DNA of 61,659 nt from Candidatus Limnocylindrales bacterium (lineage in GTDB: Bacteria > Chloroflexota > Limnocylindria > Limnocylindrales > CSP1-4), in assembly GCA_044449785.1 (NCBI GenBank), contig JBIOII010000003.1, positions 1 through 61,659 of the forward strand. The letters are read 5' to 3'. The notes below the pieces were generated by a model that was not told the DNA's origin, ran no database searches, and saw only the letters and a program-made list of their open reading frames with translations. Shown in pieces: positions 25,445 to 33,782 of the stretch (position 1 is its first letter; each line of letters starts with the position of its first letter). A program made the position numbers and the translations under genes.

Positions 25445-27025
25445 TTGCCCGTCTCGAGTCCGCGGCTGCGCTGGGGTTTCGTGGCCCTGCTCGCGGCCGC
25501 GGTGGCCGGCCTGGTCTTCGCTACGCAGCCCAGACCCCAGTACGAGGACGCGGCCGGCTTCACGGTGATGGGGCGGGGGCTCCTCTCCGGGCAGGCTCCA
25601 TTCTCGGGCCTGTTCGATGACAAGCCGCCCGGGATCTACTTGATCGGCGCCCTCGCCTGGGTCCTGGATCCGGGCGACGTGACGGTTTCGATGCAGTCGC
25701 TGTCGGTGGTGGCAATCGCCGCGGCGGCCACTGCGTGCGGCTGGCTAGTGTCCGTTGCCGGCTCGCGGTTCTGGGTCGGTGTTGCCGCGGCAGTCGTCAC
25801 CGCCGCGGGGCTGTCATTGCCCGCTCTCAGCGCCGGCGGAGGATTGTCGGAACTGTTCGGCGTCGCCGGCATGGCCGTCTCCGTCGCGGCAGTCGTCGGG
25901 ATGCTGGCCGGCCGGAAGGGCATCGGCTGGCCGATCGGCGCAGGCGCCGCGCTGGCGTGGGCCGTCGGGTCGTCGCTGCTAACCCTGGGCGCCCTCCCGG
26001 CCCTGGCCGCTCTGTGGCTGACCTTGCCGATCGACGACACGCCCGCTCCGCTGGCCAGGTCGAGCTGGACGTCGTGGAGTCGGCGACGAGCGTTCGACAA
26101 GCGGCTGGCCGCCGCGGTTGCAGGGGCCGGCGTTGTGTCGTTGGTCGTCTGGTGGCCGGTGCTCTCGACCGGGGTCGCCGCGGCCGCCGCTGACGCTTTC
26201 GTTCGCTACAACGGCCTCTACCGCGACACAGGCATCCTCCGGCCGCGCGCCTGGGTCAACGGCTTCGGGCTCTTCTGGCCGCTGTGGCTGCCGACGCTCG
26301 TATTGTTCTGCGTGCCGACTGCCGGGAGGCGGCTGCTCGGCCTGGCGCTCGTACGCTCCAATCTGGCTCGAGCGATGGCCCTATGGGTCTTTGCCGTACT
26401 GGCCCTGCTGGTTCTTGGGCGGCGGTTCTACCCGCATTACCTGCTGCTTCTGGTTCCGCCGCTGGCAGTGCTCCTCGGGATGGCGCTGACCACCGCCGTC
26501 GAAGGCTTGCCATTCTGGCGCCCGCGGTTGAGCTCGCGCGCCGTCGGTCTGGGCCTTTGCCTGGTGATCGGGGCCGGCCTCATTTCGGAATCGCTACCCG
26601 CAGCACCGACCGATACGCAGATCGCTGCCAACGCCGCTCTCGCCTCGTACATCCGTGCCAACTCCGCGGCGAGCGACACGATCTACGTGTGGGGCTTCGA
26701 CCCGGAGCTCTACCTGATGGCGGATCGAGACCCCAGCGGCCCGTACTTCGTGGTGGTTCCGCTCATCATGCCCGGCTACGACCGCCAGGCCGTCGCCACG
26801 ATGCTCGACGTGTGGCAGGCCCACCCGCCCCGCCTGGTCGTGACCGCCAACTCGCCGGCCGCCGACCTGATTCGGCTGGACCCACTGGTTGTCCCGGCAG
26901 ACCTGACCAACCGCGGCGAGCCGGCCGACTATCCCGCCCTGGATCCACTGAGGTCGTTCATCAAGGCGCACTACACGCTTGCCGCAACACTCCAAACGGG
27001 GGAAGTCTGGCGGTACGCAGGGTAA
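25445..27025 (+). CDS. GT-C superfamily (ArnT/PMT-like) polytopic glycosyltransferase
   Basis: FDDKPPGIY motif in first loop, ~11 TMs, FYPHYLLL, IYVWG C-terminal domain; TGcTAGACT extended -10 and GGAGGAG SD before TTG 25445. Confidence 0.75.
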   Translation: MPVSSPRLRWGFVALLAAAVAGLVFATQPRPQYEDAAGFTVMGRGLLSGQAPFSGLFDDKPPGIYLIGALAWVLDPGDVTVSMQSLSVVAIAAAATACGWLVSVAGSRFWVGVAAAVVTAAGLSLPALSAGGGLSELFGVAGMAVSVAAVVGMLAGRKGIGWPIGAGAALAWAVGSSLLTLGALPALAALWLTLPIDDTPAPLARSSWTSWSRRRAFDKRLAAAVAGAGVVSLVVWWPVLSTGVAAAAADAFVRYNGLYRDTGILRPRAWVNGFGLFWPLWLPTLVLFCVPTAGRRLLGLALVRSNLARAMALWVFAVLALLVLGRRFYPHYLLLLVPPLAVLLGMALTTAVEGLPFWRPRLSSRAVGLGLCLVIGAGLISESLPAAPTDTQIAANAALASYIRANSAASDTIYVWGFDPELYLMADRDPSGPYFVVVPLIMPGYDRQAVATMLDVWQAHPPRLVVTANSPAADLIRLDPLVVPADLTNRGEPADYPALDPLRSFIKAHYTLAATLQTGEVWRYAG

Positions 27026-27090
27026 GCCAGGCCACGGTCCCCGGGCCTCTGTTCGACCGGTGTAGATTGTGAACAAGAGGGAGGTCAGCC

Positions 27091-27819
27091 ATGCGGCTAC
27101 TGCTGGCATTGGCGGCGATCGGGGCAATCGTTGCCGGATATGTGCCAGGGCGGACGGTGCTGCCTACGGCCACCACAATACGTGCGGCTCGATCACGCTC
27201 TGCCGGAGGGTCGACAGCTCCAGCTGGGACTCGGACGCACCCAGCTGCAACCACGTACCGTCTTGGACGAGGTGACGCCCTGATTCGGCGCAATAGTTCC
27301 CTGGTGGCGGCCGCGCTCTGCCTGCTCGTCGGACTCGCGGGTTGCGTCGCCCCGGGTGCGACTCTCGCCCCAGGAGCGAGTGCTGGTCGGGCGGCCTTGT
27401 CAGTCCCAGACCAGCCGCTCGCGAAGGCACGCACCTACCCGGGAGCGGGCATCACGCTTGCGCCACCAAAAGTCCAGGTCGCTTCGGTCCCCGCCGCGGT
27501 TGCATATGACCTATGCCGTACCGGCGTCGCCGCCTGCCCTGACGGTCAGCCTACTAGCGCCGAGCTCGCTTCGATGACCGATGTGTCATACGGCACAGCC
27601 CAGTCAGATGGAACCTTCAGCCAACCCCTGAACGGCACTTTGGTTTGGGCGTTCAGCTGGAGGAACATCACCTGCCCTCCGAGTTCGGGTGGCGCGTTTG
27701 TGCCCGGCAATAGTCGGCCTTCTGATACCGCGGTGCCCACCATCTGTGATGAAGTCGCATTCGTCGATGCCACCTCCGGTGGGTTCTTGTTCACGTACAC
27801 CGGCCCGCCCGCGCACTAG
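27091..27819 (+). CDS. Lipoprotein-like hypothetical protein (true start uncertain, possibly CTG 27280)
   Basis: Signal-like N-terminus at 27091 and a second complete lipoprotein signal IRRNSSLVAAALCLLVGLAGC at 27280; Cys-containing C-terminal domain. Confidence 0.55.
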   Translation: MRLLLALAAIGAIVAGYVPGRTVLPTATTIRAARSRSAGGSTAPAGTRTHPAATTYRLGRGDALIRRNSSLVAAALCLLVGLAGCVAPGATLAPGASAGRAALSVPDQPLAKARTYPGAGITLAPPKVQVASVPAAVAYDLCRTGVAACPDGQPTSAELASMTDVSYGTAQSDGTFSQPLNGTLVWAFSWRNITCPPSSGGAFVPGNSRPSDTAVPTICDEVAFVDATSGGFLFTYTGPPAH

Positions 27820-27943
27820 GGAGGCGCCACTCGACGCCGCGCTCCACGGTTGGAGCGCTCGGGTGCTACCGTCGATCGGCGGCCGCGAGACCGCCCCAGC
27901 CGCGGCGTGCCGGACCGATGCGATATGATGCGCCCCGCACCTC

Positions 27944-28020
27944 GGGCGGTTAGCTCAGTTGGTTAGAGCGCATGCTTGACATGCATGAGGTCAGAGGTTC
28001 AAGTCCTCTACCGCCCACCA
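27944..28020 (+). tRNA. tRNA-Val(GAC)
   Basis: GGGCGGT/ACCGCCC acceptor, CATGC/GCATG anticodon stem with TT-GAC-AT, TTCAAGT T-loop, CCA; TATGAT -10 upstream. Confidence 0.97.
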
Positions 28021-28060
28021 TTGGGGCCGCCGCATGGCGGCGCCGGCCAACTTCAGAACC

Positions 28061-28310
28061 AAAGCGACGATCGGGACACGCCGCGTCGAGAGGATCTCAG
28101 AGAGCCGCCGCAACGCAATACGTGGCTGAGAGCGACGGCGATCCCATCCGGCGAAGGCACCACCCGTGAGCGACCGGTCAACCGGTCCGGGATCCGCCCG
28201 TTAGCGCGGCCTAGAGCGCGCGAAGGCCCGGAGCGATCCCGGCTCAGCGAAGGCGGGTGGAACCGCGAGAGAAGCCTCTCGTCCTGTCGGACGGGAGGCT
28301 TTGGGTTTGT
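28061..28310 (+). promoter_or_regulatory. T-box riboswitch (Thr, specifier ACC)
   Basis: Stem I with AGAGA and GCTGAGAG motifs, specifier ACC at 28159-28161, T-box GGGTGGAACCGCG (28255-28267), terminator AAGCCTCTCGTCC/GGACGGGAGGCTT (28272-28301). Confidence 0.92.
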
Positions 28311-28364
28311 ATCAAAGGCTTTGATGCCAGGAACGAAGCGGCAGGATGCCGAAACGGAGATGAC

Positions 28365-30233
28365 ATGGGCGACGACGACCAGAGCCACGTAGCTGCGACG
28401 GCACCCGCTACGGGAGCAGCCGGTGACGGCGATGAGTACTTCGAGGCGGCCGTTCGCGGGTCGGTGGAGGAGCTGCTCGATGCCGGGGCGCACACGGAGC
28501 TGGACGCGATGCGGCACTCGGCCGCGCACGTCATGGCCGAGGCCGTAACCGAGATTTTCCCCGACGCCCAGCTCGGTATCGGTCCCTCGATCGAGGACGG
28601 GTTCTACTACGACTTTCTGCTGCCACGGCCGCTCACTCCCGACGACCTTGCCGCGATCGAGGCCGGCATGCGCAAGTCGATCGCCGCGGACCGGGTATTC
28701 GTCCGACAGGAAGTCCTATTCGAAGAAGGCCGGGCTTTCTTCGAGGCGCTTCACCAGCCGTTCAAGGTGGAGATGCTCGACGACCTCGCCACGCGCTCGA
28801 AGGAGAGCGGCGCACCCCTGCCTCCGATCTCAAGGTACCAGCACGGAGCCTTCATTGACCTGTGCAAGGGCCCGCATGTCGCCAGCACCGGCAAGATCGG
28901 CCCGTTCAAGCTGATGACCGTGGCCGGCGCGTACTGGCGCGGCTCCGAGAAGCGGCCGATGCTGCAGCGCATCTACGGCACCGTCTGGTCGACGCAGGAG
29001 GAGCTGGACGCGTACCTGCACCGGCGCGAGGAGGCGAAGCGCCGCGACCACCGCCGGCTCGGGGTGCAGCTGGATCTCTTCAGCTTCCACGACGTCAGCC
29101 CGGGCTCCGCGTTCTGGCATCCCAAGGGCCAGCGGTTGTGGCGAACCCTCGAGACCGCGATCCGCGAGGTCCAGGACCGGCGCGGCTACCAGGAAGTGTC
29201 CACGCCGATGCTCGTACACAAGAAGTTGTGGGAGCAGTCGGGCCATTGGGCCAACTACCAGGACAGCATGTTCGTGCTCGAGTCGGAGGGTCAGACCTTC
29301 AGCCTCAAGCCGATGAACTGCCCCGAGAGCACGTTCATCTACAAGAGCCGGCTCCGCTCGTACCGCGATCTGCCGCTGCGCTATTCGGACTTCGGCCGGC
29401 TGCACCGAAATGAACGATCCGGCACACTCTCCGGGCTGACCCGCGTCCGGCACTTCATCCAGGACGACGCCCACATCTACGTTCGACCGGATCAGCTGCA
29501 GGACGAGATCAAGGCGCTTCTCGGCGAGGTTTACGAGGTTTACGGCTGGTTCGGTCTCGAGCCGCGGTTCACCTTCGGGACCAAGCCTGACAAGGCGCTG
29601 GGCGATCCGGCCCTCTGGGAGAAGGCAGAGGCCGAGATCAAGGCCGCCCTCGACTCGCTCGGTAAGCCGTACCGCCTAAAGCCCAAGGACGGCGCCTTCT
29701 ACGCGCCCAAGATCGACATCCAGATCGAGGACGCGCTGGGCCGCGAGTGGCAGACGGCGACCATCCAGGTCGATCTCGTGATGCTGCCCGAACGGTTCGA
29801 CTGCACTTACATCGACGAGAACGGCCAGGCCGTCCGGCCGATGACGATCCACCGTGCCATATACGGTTCGCTCGAGCGCTTCATCGGTGTCCTCGTCGAG
29901 CATTTCGCCGGCGCCTTTCCCGTCTGGTGCGCTCCTGTTCAGGCGGTGGTCATACCGATCGCGGATCGTCACGTTGAGGCCGCGGACGAACTGGCTGGGC
30001 TCCTCGCGGCGCGGGGGCTTCACGTGGAAGTGGATCGGTCGGACAACAGGATGCAGAACAAGATCCGCCTGGCGCAGGAGCAAAAGGTCCCCTACATGCT
30101 CGTGCTCGGCGACCGCGAGGTCGAAGCACGAACGGTGGCCATCCGGAATCGGGCAGGGGAGCAGGAGAACGGGGTGCCCTGGACGGCCTTTGTCGATCGG
30201 CTGGCGGAGGAGACGGCCGCGCGGCGCCCCTAG
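28365..30233 (+). CDS. thrS: Threonyl-tRNA synthetase (no N-terminal TGS domain)
   Basis: RHSAAHVMA and DLCKGPH editing motifs, KPMNCP, RNERSG..GLTRVR, GAFYAPKID, IHRA; start ATG 28365 downstream of the T-box. Confidence 0.97.
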   Translation: MGDDDQSHVAATAPATGAAGDGDEYFEAAVRGSVEELLDAGAHTELDAMRHSAAHVMAEAVTEIFPDAQLGIGPSIEDGFYYDFLLPRPLTPDDLAAIEAGMRKSIAADRVFVRQEVLFEEGRAFFEALHQPFKVEMLDDLATRSKESGAPLPPISRYQHGAFIDLCKGPHVASTGKIGPFKLMTVAGAYWRGSEKRPMLQRIYGTVWSTQEELDAYLHRREEAKRRDHRRLGVQLDLFSFHDVSPGSAFWHPKGQRLWRTLETAIREVQDRRGYQEVSTPMLVHKKLWEQSGHWANYQDSMFVLESEGQTFSLKPMNCPESTFIYKSRLRSYRDLPLRYSDFGRLHRNERSGTLSGLTRVRHFIQDDAHIYVRPDQLQDEIKALLGEVYEVYGWFGLEPRFTFGTKPDKALGDPALWEKAEAEIKAALDSLGKPYRLKPKDGAFYAPKIDIQIEDALGREWQTATIQVDLVMLPERFDCTYIDENGQAVRPMTIHRAIYGSLERFIGVLVEHFAGAFPVWCAPVQAVVIPIADRHVEAADELAGLLAARGLHVEVDRSDNRMQNKIRLAQEQKVPYMLVLGDREVEARTVAIRNRAGEQENGVPWTAFVDRLAEETAARRP

Positions 30234-30245
30234 GCGAAGGCCAGA

Positions 30246-30851
30246 TCAGCGAACCTCATAGAGCGCCCAACCGCCCGCGATCGGGTTGACGACCCACATC
30301 TCCATGCCGGCGTTGTTGTTCGCGAGTGCCGTCCACGTCACCTGGACGAGGACGGCGTGAGCAACGTCGATCGACGGCGCGAATCCGGTGCCGGAAAGCC
30401 AATCCGAGATGGAAGCGACGCCGGATGGATTCGCGACGGCGCTGTAGGTCTTGCCCGCGGATGTCATGAAGGCCTTGCGCTCGGACGTGTACTGGGTAAG
30501 GGTGCCCCAGCCGGCTTCCTGTGATCCCGACCCGAGCATGGCCCAGGCAGTCGGGTAGTTGCCGGCAATCAAAGCGTCCTCATATGAGTGGACGAATGCC
30601 AGCGCGCCCGCCACGCCCGTCGGGCTCGGGGCCGGGGTCGGGGTTGCCGCCACGGTGGAGGAGGGCGTCGGACTGGGTGTTACTGTCGGACTCGCAGTCG
30701 GGGCCGGCGTCGGTGTGGCCGTCGTCGGTGCGGTTGCCGTCACCGTTGGTACCGGAGCCGGCGTCACCGATGGCGTGGGCGAAGCCGTTCCGGATTGGCA
30801 CGCCGCCACGAGAAGAGCGGTCGCCAGAGCCGTCAGAAACATACGTTTCAT
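30246..30851 (-). CDS. Lipoprotein with Pro/Thr linker
   Basis: MKRMFLTALATALLVAAC lipobox; PTPT linker; upstream part of ORF 30246..31871 is only antisense to infC. Confidence 0.75.
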   Translation of the reverse strand: MKRMFLTALATALLVAACQSGTASPTPSVTPAPVPTVTATAPTTATPTPAPTASPTVTPSPTPSSTVAATPTPAPSPTGVAGALAFVHSYEDALIAGNYPTAWAMLGSGSQEAGWGTLTQYTSERKAFMTSAGKTYSAVANPSGVASISDWLSGTGFAPSIDVAHAVLVQVTWTALANNNAGMEMWVVNPIAGGWALYEVR

Positions 30852-30935
30852 GGTTGCCGATACCCCGTTTGCTACAGAACGTTGTTCCATCTTCACACGC
30901 TCGTCGAGCCTCTCCCGTACCGTTCCACAGGTCGT

Positions 30936-30965
30936 TTGCCGGTCGCGAAACCCCTGTGCTATAGT
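30936..30965 (+). promoter_or_regulatory. Promoter of infC-rpmI-rplT
   Basis: TTGCCG-N18-TATAGT with TG extension (TGcTATAGT). Confidence 0.65.
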
Positions 30966-31076
30966 CCCGCGGGCGACCGCCCGGTGCAGTCGTGCGTCGG
31001 GTTTGGGCCGCTCGTCTGCTTTCGGGGCGCGTATCCCGATAGCCGGCAATTGGAACACGCTTAGAAGGGGTCCGCC

Positions 31077-31760
31077 ATTAGCCGAGACCTGCGCATCAAT
31101 CAGATGATCCGTGTCTACGAAGTTCGGGTCGTCGACGAAGACGGTAGCCAGCTTGGTGTCATGCGAACGGCAGATGCCATGCGGCTTGCGCAGGAGCGGG
31201 GGCTCGATCTGGTGGAGGTCGCACCACTGGCAAGTCCACCTGTGGCGCGGCTCCTCGACTTCGGTCAGTACAAGTACGAGCTGACCAAGCGTGAGAAGGA
31301 AGCCAAGCGAAAACAGCGCTCCATCACCTTCAAGGAAGTCCGCCTCAAGCCGAAGATCGGCGTCGGCGACTTCGACACGAAGGTAAGGCGGGCCATCGAG
31401 TTCCTGGAAGACGGCGATCGCGTCAAGATCTCCGTCCAGTTCCGGGGCCGCGAGTTGACCCACCCGCAGATAGGGCGCGACTTGCTTGACAAGTTTGCCG
31501 AACAGATCAAGGAACATGGCGTGGTCGAGCGGCCGCCGCTGCTCGAGGGCAAGTCGATGCACATCAGCGTTGCCTCCACCCACAAGCCCAAGGTCCACGA
31601 GCCGACGCCGTCGGCCACGGCCAAGGCTCATGCCAGACCCGCCGGCGAGGCGATCGACGCAGTCGATGCCACGCGGGACGTAATGAACCAGGCCCCGCCG
31701 GCTCCACCGGCGCCGCCGAGACTCGAGCCGGACACCGGCTCGGCGTCGACTGGAGTGTGA
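31077..31760 (+). CDS. infC: Translation initiation factor IF-3, AUU start
   Basis: ATT at 31077 after GAAGGGG SD gives (M)SRDLRINQMIR; LDLVEVAP, KEVRLKPKI, FRGRE motifs. Confidence 0.95.
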   Translation: MSRDLRINQMIRVYEVRVVDEDGSQLGVMRTADAMRLAQERGLDLVEVAPLASPPVARLLDFGQYKYELTKREKEAKRKQRSITFKEVRLKPKIGVGDFDTKVRRAIEFLEDGDRVKISVQFRGRELTHPQIGRDLLDKFAEQIKEHGVVERPPLLEGKSMHISVASTHKPKVHEPTPSATAKAHARPAGEAIDAVDATRDVMNQAPPAPPAPPRLEPDTGSASTGV

Positions 31761-31764
31761 GACA

Positions 31765-31968
31765 GTGCCGAAGATGAAGAGCCATAAAGGGACCCAGAAG
31801 CGGATCGGGGTCACCGGCAGTGGCAAGGCCGTGCGCGTCAAGTCGTGGCGCGGACACCACCTCGAGCTCAAGTCGTCGCGGCGAACCCGCCGCTACGAGG
31901 GCAAGACGATCGTGACCGGCGAGTCGCTGGCTCAGATCCGCCGGCTGCTGCCGTACCTGGGAGTCTGA
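31765..31968 (+). CDS. rpmI: 50S ribosomal protein L35
   Basis: MPKMKSHKGTQKR...HHLELKSSRRTR. Confidence 0.95.
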   Translation: MPKMKSHKGTQKRIGVTGSGKAVRVKSWRGHHLELKSSRRTRRYEGKTIVTGESLAQIRRLLPYLGV

Positions 31969-31974
31969 CTTTCG

Positions 31975-32325
31975 ATGGCACGCGTCAAGCGGGGCGTAAC
32001 CGCCCATCACCGCCACAAGCGTCTGCTCGATGACGCCGAGGGTCGCTCGGGTACCAACTCGAGGCTGATCCGCCGCGCCCACGAGTCCGCACTCCACGCC
32101 CTGGCCTATGCGACTCGCGACCGCAAGCAGCGCAAGCGCCAGATGCGGCAGCTCTGGATCATCCGGATCAACGCCGCGGCCCGGCTCAATGGCGTTAGCT
32201 ACGGCAAGCTGGTCGCAAACCTGAAGGCCGCCCGGATCGAGCTGGATCGCAAGATCCTGGCCGACATCGCCGTGCGCGATCAGGCCGCTTTTGCCCAGAT
32301 AGTCGCGCTGGCCGGCAAGGCGTAG
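31975..32325 (+). CDS. rplT: 50S ribosomal protein L20
   Basis: [37 protein letters not shown]. Confidence 0.97.
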   Translation: MARVKRGVTAHHRHKRLLDDAEGRSGTNSRLIRRAHESALHALAYATRDRKQRKRQMRQLWIIRINAAARLNGVSYGKLVANLKAARIELDRKILADIAVRDQAAFAQIVALAGKA

Positions 32326-32330
32326 TCACC

Positions 32331-32690
32331 GAAGCGGCTGGAGACGGCCGGGTCCTTCGAATACCGGGCTGTGACGGAGAGGAGACGAAGGCAGATCCCT
32401 CAGGGAGGGTCGGGCGCAGACTGAAAGCCCGCCTGGGATCGATCTCGGCGGTTCGCTCCCGAGCCGCGTGCTGAAGCCACGACGGAGCGTCGCGGGTGCG
32501 TAGGCAGGCCGGTTGGCTCCCGATACGGAGCCCGGGGCCGTCGTGCTGCGGCGGCCTGAGCGCCCTGCCCGATCCGAGCCATAGACTCGGGTGAGGCCGG
32601 GAAGCGGGGTGGTACCGCGAGCCCTCGACTCGTCCCCGTCCGGAAGGATGTGGCGTCCGTAAGGACGATCGGAGTCGAGGGTTCTAGATT
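32331..32690 (+). promoter_or_regulatory. T-box riboswitch (Phe, specifier UUC)
   Basis: AGGGAG/CTGAAAG distal motifs, specifier TTC at 32452-32454, T-box GGGGTGGTACCGCG (32606-32619), hairpin GAGCCCTCGACTC/GAGTCGAGGGTTC. Confidence 0.9.
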
Positions 32691-32744
32691 CACCGTAGTG
32701 GAGTCGGGGCGGGCCGGGCCCGCATTTGAGTGAGGAACGGCAGC

Positions 32745-33782
32745 GTGGACTTCGAAAGCCTGAGCGCAGATCTGCGAAGCCTGCAGGCGCGGGCGCTCGC
32801 TGAGATCGCGGCGGCGGCGGATCCGGCGTCCCTCGATGCGCTTCAGATCCAGTATCTCGGCAAGAAAGGCGATCTGACGGCCGTTCTGCGCGGGATCGGG
32901 GCGCTGCCCGCCGATGACAGGCCGCGCGTCGGGGCCGTCGCCAATGAGGTCGGCGAGGCCGTCAAACGCGCGCTCGCCGAGCGGGGCGTCGAGCTCCGGG
33001 CCGGGGTCCAGGCTATCCGTCTGGCTGCCGAGGCGGTCGACGTCACGCTGCCCGGCCGTCCGGTTGGGCGCGGCACGCTTCATCCCATCCCCGAGTCGAT
33101 CTCGGCCATCGCCGAGGTGTTCGGCCAGTTCGGCTTCGTCGTTTACGAAGGGCCCGAGGTCGAGGACGATCTCACGAACTTCCAGATGCTCAATATCGCG
33201 CCTGACCATCCGGCACGCGACCTGTGGGACACGCTCTACGTGGATATCCCCGGTTACCTGCTGCGCACCCACACCAGCCCCGGCCAGATCCGGGTGATGC
33301 AGTCGACGACGCCGCCGATCCGCGCCCTGCTGCCGGGCCGGTGCTTCCGTTATGAAGCCGTCGACGCCAGCCACGGCTTCGAGTTCTTCCAGGTGGAAGG
33401 CCTCATGGTGGACGAGGGAACGTCGATGGCGGACCTCAAGGGGCTGCTCGACGAGTTCGCACATGCCCTGTTCGGCCCGCGCAAGACACGCTTCCGGCCC
33501 GGCTACTACCCGTTCACGGAGCCGTCGGTGGCGTTCGACGTCGAATGCGTCGTCTGCGGCGGCGTCGGCTGCCCCGCGTGCTCGAAAACGGGTTGGATGA
33601 CGATCCTCGGCGCCGGCATGGTCCATCCCGTGGTCCTGCAGTACGGGGGCATCGACCCCGAGCGATACCAGGGTTTCGCCTTCGGAATGGGCGTCGAGCG
33701 GATCTCAAACCTGCGCCACGCCGTGCCGGACCTTCGCTACTACCTGGAAAACGACCTGCGCTTCCTGGAGCAGTTCCGATGA
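32745..33782 (+). CDS. pheS: Phenylalanyl-tRNA synthetase alpha subunit
   Basis: HPARDLWDT, LRTHTSPGQ, FFQVEG, YYPFTEPS, GFAFGMGVER; GTG 32745 after GAGGA. Confidence 0.97.
   Translation: MDFESLSADLRSLQARALAEIAAAADPASLDALQIQYLGKKGDLTAVLRGIGALPADDRPRVGAVANEVGEAVKRALAERGVELRAGVQAIRLAAEAVDVTLPGRPVGRGTLHPIPESISAIAEVFGQFGFVVYEGPEVEDDLTNFQMLNIAPDHPARDLWDTLYVDIPGYLLRTHTSPGQIRVMQSTTPPIRALLPGRCFRYEAVDASHGFEFFQVEGLMVDEGTSMADLKGLLDEFAHALFGPRKTRFRPGYYPFTEPSVAFDVECVVCGGVGCPACSKTGWMTILGAGMVHPVVLQYGGIDPERYQGFAFGMGVERISNLRHAVPDLRYYLENDLRFLEQFR

Noticed and set aside
10234-27830. att-like duplication of the tRNA-Arg 3' end (ggcgccac at ~10235 and ~27823)
   Set aside because: Only 8 bp in high-GC DNA and no integrase in the window
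30852-31871. N-terminal 340 aa of ORF 30246..31871
   Set aside because: Antisense to infC; the lipoprotein signal starts at 30851
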